Notes under the pieces: generated by a model
Told to the model about the DNA's origin: nothing
Databases searched by the model: none
Seen by the model: the letters and a program-made list of their open reading frames with translations, nothing else
Assembly (NCBI GenBank): GCA_028534125.1
Contig: CM052817.1
Location: 64,544,001 to 64,608,000 of the forward strand
Direction of reading: 5' to 3'
Source of the DNA: Lama glama
Lineage: Eukaryota
DNA: 64,000 bases
Translations under genes and position numbers: made by a program
In this document: in pieces, positions 53,598 to 64,000 of the stretch
Layout: every line of letters starts with the position of its first letter
Position numbering within the stretch: the first letter of the stretch is position 1

Positions 53598-55732
53598 AAC
53601 TTTTTTTAATCTTGCAAAACTGAAACTACCCATTAAACAACTCTCCTTTACTCCCTCCTTGCCCTGAAAACCACCGTTCTACTTAATTTGAGGTGGAGAA
53701 CAGCATGAGTATTTTTAAAGAGATACTTTCCAGGTGATTCTAATATGTATTCAGTTCTGAGAACCACGCTACCCCATGTCAGCCCTTAAAACTGATAAGA
53801 TATCTGTTGGTGCTAAAGAAAAAAGTATGTTCTCCTGGGGTGAAAACTCAGGCTTTACCTATTAGTTGTGGGTGGTAATCAATAGACAGTGCTTTGGCAC
53901 TTAAGTAGGTGACGAGCAGGGCAGTGAGACAGAGTGCTCTCAAAGGAGTATCAGTGAGTACATGTGCCCCATTAGGCGTGGGGGTGTGTGTGGGATGGAC
54001 ACTGTGGAGAAGATAGCATTTGTCATAGACCTGACGACACAGAGGGAAAGGTGAGTGTCAGGAGCAGCTACACCAGGTCATGCAAGGGAAAGGAGAGTGT
54101 CGTGTTCTCTGGGGAACTCTCAGTCTAGTCAGGTCGTTGGTACATTTTTCAGAGATAAGGAGGGAAAGATTGCCCAGGTCAGAGTCAGGGGTTGATTCTT
54201 CAGTGTGTGGAGAATAAGAAGTCACTCAGGGTTTTGAGTAGTCCTAGTCGGGAAATGAATGGGAGAAGAAAAAGAGTTTGTGGTCCAGGGAAGGAACACC
54301 ATTCAGATGGATATACAAGAATGTTCCTGATGCCATCAGAGATTTTTGAAGACTTGCTTCATGGCCTCAGCAAGTAAGAGGTAGGTAGATGTCTTTCTGT
54401 AGGTGAGAGGTGTTTGTTATGAATATTTTGGTTCCTTGATTTATTCGAATTTTCAGATATTTTAAAATACAATCCTTTGGCTAAGTAAGCTGTTTCATGA
54501 AACAGTTCCCCGCTTTATTTAATGAGTATAATCCTGTTAGTCCTCTTATTAAAAAGCTGGGATTTGATGTAAGTTTCATGAACCGAGTATAATGCAGTCT
54601 GAAATCCTGTGAGGAAAATACAAGGCAGTTTATTTATTTGAATAGCTACTTTTCAGTGTCTGTGATGAATTTCAGAATGCTGATGATTGCTACATTGATA
54701 TAGTTGGGAGAAGAATTGATGTGGTATAGAGTTAATCCGTGTACTGTAAGCTTCTTGAGAATACCAAGTAGTCTGAAAAATGTAAAGCATGTTCTGCTTT
54801 TCTAGGGGGATGTTCATAATCTTGTTGAAAGTGTGTTTTGCTGAAGTAGAATCAAAAGGGATTATAATTTATTTATTTATTTAATTGAAGTATGGTCAGT
54901 TTAAAATGTGTCAATTTTTCATGTACAGCATAATAATTCAGTCATATATATACATACGTATATTTGTTTTCATATTATTTTGTATTATAGGTTACTTTAA
55001 GGGGGGATTATTTTTAAATCTTGGTAACTGCTCCATAGTGTGTGACTTTTCAAAATAGGTATAAATTGAAAACAATTTTCCATGAATACTTAAGGTATGT
55101 ACCTTAACTTAAGGTGTGTACCAATACTTAGATGTTGGCCTTTACACATTATCTTAGGCCTTGTACTCTTTCTACCATGAAGTGACAAAGGAGAAGGCTT
55201 TTAAAATATGATTCCTTTAAAAAAATTTATATTGCTTTTAGTTTGTTCAGAATTTACCAGAAAATTGAATCAATAGGAGAAATCACAATGAAATAGATTA
55301 AGTGAATAGTAGAAGCAGTAATTGCTAGAAGGTTTATTAGAACAAGTGTCATTTCCCACTGTGGAACAGGAATAGTTTTACAAAGAAGGTAGTATTTAAA
55401 ATTCGTTACTGTCATCTTCTAAACTCTTGAAAGAAGGTAAGGTTTGACTGGAGGAGAGGAGAGCATCTGATTATTTAAGCTTAGTTGCTTTGAAAGGTAA
55501 GATATGTATAGAATTGGTCACAGGAATTGGTCCCTGCTCCTGTCTGAGTCAGAGCAGCTCTTTTTTCTGTTTTAAATACAGAAGATTGCTCTAGATTTCT
55601 TTTTACAAGAGTACTGTGGTCAGTAGGAGTAAAAGGAAAAACTTTTGGAACCTACTGAGATACACTCCAGATGGCAAGCATTTGCAGTTAGAATCAAAAA
55701 GTTTTTGTTTATTTAAAATTCAGGAAGATTTG

Positions 55733-55870
55733 AGGAGAGAGTGTAGGTCAGTGGTAGAATGTATGCCTAGCTAGCATGCAGGAGGTCCTGGGTTCAATCC
55801 CAAGTACCTCCATCAGAAAAATAAATAAGTAAGTAAACCTAATTCCCCTCTACCCCTGCAAAAGAAAAAA
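55733..55870 (+). mobile_element. tRNA-Ala-derived SINE (Vic-1 type)
   Basis: tRNA head, tail, TSD aaaattcaggaagatttga. Confidence 0.9.
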
Positions 55871-56499
55871 AATTCAGGAAGATTTGATGTTTGGGTTTCT
55901 GGATGTTGCCATATTGTAAATAACATTACCTTCTGAGTGGAAAAACTAGGAGCAATCAACAGGTAATGGTGAATTTGTAGACCTACCCACAGTAAGAGGT
56001 TGTCACTGATGACAGCATTAGGAACGGTATGAGTTTGATGTGGAAAAAAAAAATGATCATTTTTCTTGATGCCATTCTGTCCACCATAAGGTGATGTCCC
56101 CCATGGAAGAGACTGAAAGAGGTGGGATGTGTGTTTTGGCCACTGTGGGGGCTACTCAGTTGTGGGGTGAAGAGTAACTTGTCCATCCGCACTGTGCGCA
56201 GGAAAGTATAAATACATTGCCTTAATGTTATATTAAATTGGTATAATCTCCTCTTCAAGTGACAAGATGCCTTAACTCAGAATGAGAAAATTTGTCTTTT
56301 GGGTGGAGTCTTCATGCAGCTGGAAAATAGTGTTCAACTTAAAATACTGGCTGTGGAAAAGGAACCTTAATATATATACACAGTACATTTTAGAGATTAT
56401 ACTAATTATTATTTTTAAAATATGGCTTGGATTCTTTAAAAGAAACGCACATGGCTTAGAGTCAAAATATTCTATAATCCTTACACTATACCAGGTATT

Positions 56500-56780
56500 T
56501 CTTTTCAACATTTCCCCCCAGTTTTATTGAGAAATAATTGACATATATATAAGTTTTATATAAGTTTAAGGAAAACAACATAATGATTAGATACAGTATA
56601 TTGTGAAATGGTCACCACAAGTTTATTTAACATCCATCACCTCACATAGTTACAATTTTTTCCCTTTGTGGTGAGAACTTTTTAAGATTTACTCTCAAGC
56701 AACTTTCAAATAGTCAAAACAGTGTTGTTAACTGTAGTCATCATGTTGTACATTATATCCACAGAACTTATTTATTTAAT
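56500..56780 (-). mobile_element. L1MA-type 3' end
   Basis: Matches the extreme 3' end of the 18527-19698 L1. Confidence 0.8.
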
Positions 56781-56964
56781 CTTTCACCATTTAAAACAAA
56801 TTATTTTGGTATTGAATTCTCTGTCTCTAAAGAACATGATTATATTGTTTTGAGTGTGGTTTTAGGCCTTCTCTCTGGGCTTCCTAGAATGGAGGAGGAG
56901 AGGTTAGTTATTACACTCTCATCTGCCATATGCCTGTCTTCTGACTTGTAAGCGGTTTTGACTG

Positions 56965-57170
56965 CAGAGTCTTGTAGTCCGCTTGCCACTTAATAGCTTT
57001 GTGACCTTGGGCAAGTCATTTAACTTCTGCATGTCTCAACTTTTTGCATCTGTAAAATGAGTACTATGTAAGTAGTACCTTCCTCATGGTGTCGTTAGGA
57101 GTTAACACATGTAAAGTGATTAGAATGGAGACTAGCACCCAGTAGGCACTATGTCGGTGTTAGGAGTTAC
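56965..57170 (+). mobile_element. MIR SINE
   Basis: gtgaccttgggcaagtcatttaacttct...catctgtaaaatgag core. Confidence 0.85.
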
Positions 57171-58445
57171 TATCAATTGATTACTTTATGGTCACTTTTC
57201 CTTTCCTGTGTGACTCCTTTACTTAGTTTTTTTGTACTTTAATTTACCCCAACCCTTCCTTTGGTTTTTGTAAACCTTTTCTTACTATATTTAAACATAC
57301 TCGTTGTTCTACCACTTGGTTTCATGTTCTTGAAGATTCTCTTCTACAGTCTTCTGACCTCTCCAACCTGGATTAGTTGATCTCTATCTCTGTTTTTTTT
57401 TTTTTTTTGGAGGGGGAGAATGGGGAGGGCATCATTTCACATCTTCTGGGGTTTTCCTTTATCTTCTCTAGTGTATCATCCCCTGACTGCTGCATCCTGC
57501 TATGTATTTCATGGAAAATTTCCTTGAAAAATAGGGAAAATATTTTCCTTTCTAGGGTTATAAAGCCTTTGTTTCTAATTAAAACCACACATGGGTGGCA
57601 GTTTTATATTTTATATCCCTTAGTTGTAGAAATAATTCTGGTATTATTTTAGAGTTAGATATATATAGGTATATATACATCTCAATAATAGTAGAAGCTA
57701 TTAAATAGCAATTTTACATGGAATACCTTAGTTTGGACCCAAAATAGGTACTTTCAAATTCAGGAATGCTTTTTGTATATTGAGTAGTCATTTAATATTA
57801 ATTGATTCATTTTAGCAACCGTTAAACCTATTTATTGAAAGTTTTAAAATAAAAACAGCCAGGTGTTAGAGTTGTGGAACTACAGTGTGGCAGTGTGTTT
57901 GCTAGTCTCAGTATCTTTGAAACTTACAAAATAGGCTGCTTGTATCTTCTTAAAATGACATTTTCCTGAACTTTTTAATGTCACTATATTCCTTCCTCTA
58001 CCTTATGTCTACTAGGTCTTCAGTAAGTAGGTAGTTTTTGTTTTATTTTGTTTTCTTTATTTGAAAATGAGGGAGAAAGGACTTGACTTGCTTGTAACCC
58101 TCCAAGAGGGGTTAAAAAATCTTGCTGTATAATATGCTGGCAAGGTTTGCTTATTTTCATTATTTACAGATTGCATTTTACCAGCATGAAGGACTAGTAA
58201 TCTAGTGGAATGACTTGCCTAGCATTTGAAACTTTTCAGTAGTACAGTTTAAAGTTAATAAAATCATTTTGTTTATGTAAAGTCCTTTCTGGGAGCTGCT
58301 GATGCATCAGGATGGTTAAATTCTATTCAGCGTAGTTTTGATACTGAGTATTTTTCTGTGTACGTGTTTTATTTAATTCCAAGAAAATCTTAGAAATTGT
58401 TTCATTATAGTAATATTTTTTTTTGTTTATTAAAAAGGATAATTT

Positions 58446-58531
58446 GGAGGGTATAGATCAGTGGTAGAGTGCATGCTTAGCATGCACGAGGTCCTGGGTA
58501 CGATCCCCAGTACCTCCATTAACAACAACAA
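58446..58531 (+). mobile_element. tRNA-Ala-derived SINE / retro-tRNA (short form)
   Basis: Near-complete tRNA-Ala(AGC) sequence with an (AAC)n tail and TSD gataatt. Confidence 0.85.
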
Positions 58532-58879
58532 AGATAATTCATGTCAATTGTAGAATTTAAAGTTATGGATACTTTTTCCCCAAATTTATCTCTAATTCTC
58601 TATGATCACTTTTAACAGTTTGCTATGTATCCTAGGGAGTTTTCAAGGTACATGGTACATCTCTTAATCAGTGTATTATTCAACAGAATTCAATAAGAAA
58701 TATTCTTGATAACATGGTTTATTATAGTGTCTAATAAAGAAAAAATTATTACTGGTAAGAGAATTAATATACTTACAATGATTTATATCTCTACAAAAAA
58801 TTGCTTCTATAGATGCTTAAAATGTAGTTGATAAGATTCAACACCAGTTCATAATATTATTTTAAGAATAGAAATAGAA

Positions 58880-61030
58880 ACAGTATAAGATTCCTTCAAG
58901 TTTATTCTTTTTCAAAATTGTTTTAGCTAGTTTGTTTGCCTTTTCATATAAATTTTGAAATCCTTTTCTATGTTAAAAAAGAAGTCCTTTTCAGATTTTG
59001 ACTGGAATTTCTTGAAACTTATAAATGGATTTGGGAAGAAATGACATCTTTCCTATATTTAGTCTTCTAATGCCTGAGCACAGAATCGCTCTCTATTTTG
59101 ATTTTGCTTGATTTCTTTTATCATGGTTTCTTTGTTTTCAGCACCCAGCTCTTGTATGTGTTTTGTTAAACTATTTGTTTAAACTGGGCACAATTTAGTG
59201 ATTGTAAATGGTATTAGTTTGTGTAATTTTGCAATTAGCACGTGGCTAGTATGTAGAAATACAGTGGGTTTTTCTGTGTTGACCTTGTGTTTGTGACCTT
59301 GCTAAACTGATATGTTTGTCTGGAAGTTTTTTCCCTCGGTATTTTAGTATAGATAATTATGTCAGCTTTGAATGGGGACAGTTTTATTTCTTCTTTTCTG
59401 GTCTGTATGCATCTTATGTTTTTCTTGCCTTATTGCATTGTAAGACTTCTAGTGTGATGTTGAAATATGACATCCTTGTCTGATTCTTGATCTTAGGGAA
59501 AAATCATTGTGTCTTTCACATTAAATATGATATAAAATGTAGACTTTTTGTAGATGATCTTTATCAAGTTGAGGAAATTCTCCTTGTTTAATGAGAGTTT
59601 TTTAAAACCATGAATGGGTGTTGATTTTTCTTTCCACCTATATTGTGGATTTTTCTCTTTCTCCTTGCACTTCTGTTTTCTGCTTCATGTATTTTGAAGC
59701 TCTGTTGTTAGATATATACAGTTTAGACTGTTATATCATCTTACTTAATTGACCTTTTAAAAAATTCATTATGTAATTTTCCTCATTACCCTTAGTAATT
59801 AATTTTCTTTGTTGTTTTCGTGTAGGTCCTGAGGCTCTGTTCACTTTTTTAAAAAAGTCTTTTCTGTGTTCTAGTGGGTTAATTTCTTTGGGTCTTTTAC
59901 TTCACTGAATCTTTCCTCTGTCAACTCCATTATACTATTGAGTACATCCAATTAGTTTTTTACTTTGACTTATGTATTTTTCAGTTTTAAAATTTTTATT
60001 TGGTTTCTCTGTACATATTCTTTTCTTTTTGAAGATTTTCTTTTTTTTCCTTTGGTTTAAGAGTGTTCTTGGTTACTTGTTGGAGCATTTTAATAATAGC
60101 TGGTTTAAAGTCTGTGTCAGTTATGCCAAGTTTGGTGTCATCTTAGCGTTGAGTCTGTTGATTCACTTCCCTTGTGAGTTGAAATTGTCTTGGTTCTTTA
60201 TATGCTGAAAAATTAGATTGTATCCTGGAGATTTTGAATATTACATTATGAGATCTTGAATCTTGTTTAAATATTATGGAAACTATTGATATTTTTGTTT
60301 TAACAGGCAGTTAATCTGGTTAGATTCAACCTGCAAATTCTACCCTGCCTTCTTTGTCAGTGTCAGTTCAGTTTTCAAAACCTCCTCAGTGCTATTCAGA
60401 TCTGTTCCTGAGACCTGGATGGTGTTCTGTTCTCACAAGCATCAGTCATTTGTATCATGAACAACTTGACAGGGTCACTTTCTGGAGCTCCTTCCTGGTA
60501 CTTTTGGTCCTCTGGCCGGAAAGCTGTGGTCTTAGTTATCTGCTTTGCTGCACACTTCATGACTATGCCTGTGTCTGAGCCAGATGACAGGAGGACAGAA
60601 GAGATTAAATAATGGGCTTTGGCCCCATCATCTCCAGACCACAGCTTTACTGATCAGAGAGGAGATGCCTCTTCCTTAGAACTTTGGCTTCTACAAGCTC
60701 ATGTTGTGGGTTGGCATCTCAGATTCACTTGGGGTCTAGGGTTGGGACAGGACAGAAAAGAAAAAAGAAGGTGAATGTTGTGCTCTGAGCACTAGGAGTT
60801 CCTTTTCCTGTTCCTTAAGACAGAATTAGAGGACTTGGGGACTGCTCTACGTTTGTGCCCTGGTGGTCACTTCCATGTTGCCCCTGGTGATTTGGGGTTG
60901 GGAGATGGTAAACTCATCACCAGTTCAGCGATGTGTCACTTTTTGGCCTTCCCCAGTCTGCCTGCTACTTTTACTTTCCAGAGTCCTCAAATGTCTGCTC
61001 CATACATTCTGTTCAGATTTTATAGTTGGG
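58880..61030 (-). mobile_element. Fragmented old L1M element (ORF2, ORF1 and 5' pieces), antisense to METAP1
   Basis: T-rich antisense L1 ORF2 blocks (58890-59630) and ORF1/5'-like blocks (59820-61030). Confidence 0.65.
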
Positions 61031-62071
61031 CTAGATGTGTGAATCTGTGACTTTTGTCCCCGTAGCAGTCTGACTACTGATGTCTCTGCTCAATTTTTTT
61101 TTAGTTAAATTTTTTTTTTTTAAAGCCTGGCTTCCTAAGGTTCGCCTTTGTGTCTTCATAGCTTAGAATTTGGCCAAACATTGGTCACAGATTGTGCTCA
61201 CCGTGAGCCAGTGGCCTGTGATAGTCTGTTTTGGCTGGAGGGTGTGTTTAAACTTTAGGTTCTTCCCAATTCTTGCACCCTCTTCCACAATGTGTGGATT
61301 CCGGGGCAGTGATGCTAGTAAGCTACAAAGCCCACAGTAATCCCTAGCTGCATAGTCGCCATTAAGTTTTCATAAGCTAATAATTCAGGACAGGTTTGAC
61401 ACACACATGTTAATGATATTTGAGTGCATTGTCTTTTAAAATTTAAAATGTAAATTTCTTTCAAAAATAATTAAAATTGTTAATAATTAGATTTGAGTAC
61501 TTATTATTGGCCATACATTTTACATGGTTGTTTTCCCTACGCTACAGTTGAGGGAACTGGTACTTAGAGATACTAAGATTTTTTTCCTGTGTCTTACTGC
61601 TAGGAAGTGACCAAGCTGGGATGCAGGTCTGACTTCAAAGTCCATGATTTTGCTATTGCCCTTAATTTAATTTTGAGTTTGAATGTTTTAGAAAGCCATG
61701 TGAGTTTTGAGTTGTCCCTACGTAGAAACCCTTTATAAATTATGAATTATCTTTAGTAGCAAATAAGCAGTGATTTTTTTTTTGGTATTAAAAATTAGGT
61801 GAAAATACTAATTTTTTGTCACATTTTAAATGCTTTTACCTCTCTTCTCTGATGGTTCGTTCCCCCTCCCTTTCTTGATTTAAACTGGTATGTAAACTTC
61901 TGTGTTCTCTAAATGAATCAGTTGGGATAGAGATATTTTATTTAAGGAAATATGCGTCAGCTTCTGTGAGGGTAAAAAAAGATGCTGGGTTATGCAGAAG
62001 TATTTTGTTCACATAACCTATTTAGAAAAGTTTTATAAATAGGTTGTATCAGGTTGCCAACTATATAAAGG

Positions 62072-63034
62072 CAGATCTTATTTTGCAGTTTTGATATACA
62101 TGCATTTAGTTACTGCAAATCAGTGAAAACCAGTCTCCCAACAACACAAATGACAGACTTTACTGCTAGCTCTTCAGCCCTATATAAATCCTGATCAGTG
62201 ACCAATCCCTCCACTTCTTTCAAAGCCTGTCAGCGATTGGTCACTGCAACTGCCCCTCAGGTCTCTTGCAGACAGCAGAGCCTAATGGCATTGCTTTCTT
62301 GTTTCCCAGTGATAAATTTAGGTGACATTTTACAAAAATGGGTAATTGAATAACAAAGATGAAAGTGCAGGAAAGAAATGCTAGATAATGCTGGAAGTGC
62401 AATCTAAATAGAGCATAAATGGAGTTGTAGGAGAAATAGCTGACAATGGGAATGCTGTTGACATTGCCCACCATTCTGGAGACTCTAGGCATGCAACCAG
62501 AGGAACTCAGAGGCATACCTGTTGACATAAAAGAGGAAGATGGCTTTGATGGAAAGAATGATGGTGTCGCAGGGGAAGTGACACCAACAAAAAACTTTAC
62601 ATTGAAAGAATTCCCAGAGATATTAAAAGTTCAAAGGATAAAATTTGGAAGCTGTTCCAGACCAAGGAAGGAGTAATGACAATTTGCCAAGCCTAAAAAA
62701 AGATGCTCACTCTGTTTTCTAAGCTATCCAGTGAGAAGCAGCACACATGTTCAAAGTAGTCTTGGTAAATTTTTAAACAAAGAAATAAAATACCTTAATT
62801 TTCAATATTTCTAATGCTTTAAATTACAGTATACTAAACAAATACTAGTTTTTACCTCCCCCCCCCATTTTCTGTATAACCTAAGAGTAAGAGAGTTTTT
62901 AATGTTTTGACAAAAAGTTTTAAAGGTCATGGAACAATTGTAATTTTCCTTGTTGATTATGAAGACTGCTTTTTACGGTAACAGCTTGTATGGTGGTTTT
63001 TATGGTTCCCCACTACTATGCAAAGCAAGAACTG
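62072..63034 (+). mobile_element. Tigger (pogo/TcMar) DNA transposon, internally deleted
   Basis: Transposase acidic C-terminus ETLGMQPEEL...EVTPTKNFTLKE; imperfect TIRs cagatcttattttgca / tgcaaagcaagaactg. Confidence 0.75.
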
Positions 63035-63149
63035 CTTGTATTAAAAACCAGTTTTATGCAGTTCTTCAAGACCATTCTGTGTATTAACGGAGTTTTCATT
63101 TTGGGTTTGTGGGTAGAGATCAGGGATGCCATGAACTCAAGTCTTTATC

Positions 63150-63430
63150 AAGCTGTTCCTTCATTTAAAACCCTTTAATGGCTTTCTCTTGTCATTAGAC
63201 CAGAATCTTTAACATGATCTGACCCTTGCCTGTGTCTTTACCTCTCCTCATAGCATTGTATATTTTTTTTTGCCCTTATGACTTAAACTGTGTGGTTAAT
63301 TGTGTAATTAGCCGTATAATATTTGTGTGGAATGGGCTTATATTGTTCACTGCTGAATGCCCAACATATAGCAGTGTTATGGTCTTAATTTGCACTCTGT
63401 ATTCGTATGAATGAATGAATGAATGAATAG
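63150..63430 (+). mobile_element. L2 3' end
   Basis: aaaaccctttaatggctt... start and (TGAA)n terminus. Confidence 0.75.
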
Positions 63431-64000
63431 AATTATATGCACATGTTTATATGTGCATGGATATGTTTGTCCCCCTCTGTGGAGGGGAATGATTACATTC
63501 CCAAGATTCTCAAAGGATTCAGAGATCTAAAAAAGGTAAGTATCATACTACAGGAATTGATACAGTGAAATGAATACTCAACCTAGATGGTATCATTAAA
63601 CATTAAAGATGTTCACTTTCCAATCTCAGATTGCATTTGAATATCTGGACATACAAGATATATATGTTCCTGAGCAAGCATTTTAGATTATTACATTGTC
63701 TGTAGAACGTAAAATTCTTTTTAAAAACTGGTATCTGTGTTGGGTTACATTAATATAGTAGCGTTAAAAATCTATCAATTACATAAGATTTATGACAGTC
63801 GAGTTGCTATTGAGTGGGAGACTGGCTGCTTGGCAAATTTCGTCTTCTAGAAAATTGTAAATTTCTCCTACTTTTAAAATTCTGTGTTTTCCTTTTAAAA
63901 TTAACGTGTTTTTTTGGAAGCTAATTTAATCGTATTTAAACTTCTTAAAAGGAGTTTATTTAGCAATGGGTATATATGTTTTAAAAAAATTCTGTCACAT

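Noticed and set aside
57760..57785. cag|gaatgcttt as a possible METAP1 exon 2 start (ECF)
   Set aside because: The sequence does not continue as KGSWATHK and lacks a good polypyrimidine tract.

Overview
This is mammalian genomic DNA, most likely camelid: it carries about 12 tRNA-Ala-derived SINEs of the Vic-1 type plus cetartiodactyl-type L1 3' ends. The only real gene is METAP1. Its CpG-island promoter and coding exon 1 (43741-43854, + strand, 38 aa of the N-terminal zinc finger) are here, followed by more than 20 kb of intron 1; exon 2 is not in the window. The upstream 43 kb is intergenic and dominated by retroelement and DNA-transposon fossils, and there are two 500-N assembly gaps. I find no new protein-coding system. 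Four signals stand out. (1) An ORF2-deleted L1 insertion whose 3' UTR shows massive strand-specific A-to-G change, resembling an ADAR-hyperedited RNA fixed in DNA (28744-30166). (2) A palindromic LTR composite with two outward-facing U3 ends and one 4-bp target duplication (17321-18324). (3) A decayed ORF2 of a non-mammalian-type L1/Tx1-like LINE (about 30-1700). (4) A decayed LINE APE-endonuclease domain (about 16460-17020). Repeat subfamily names and boundaries were assigned by eye and are approximate.
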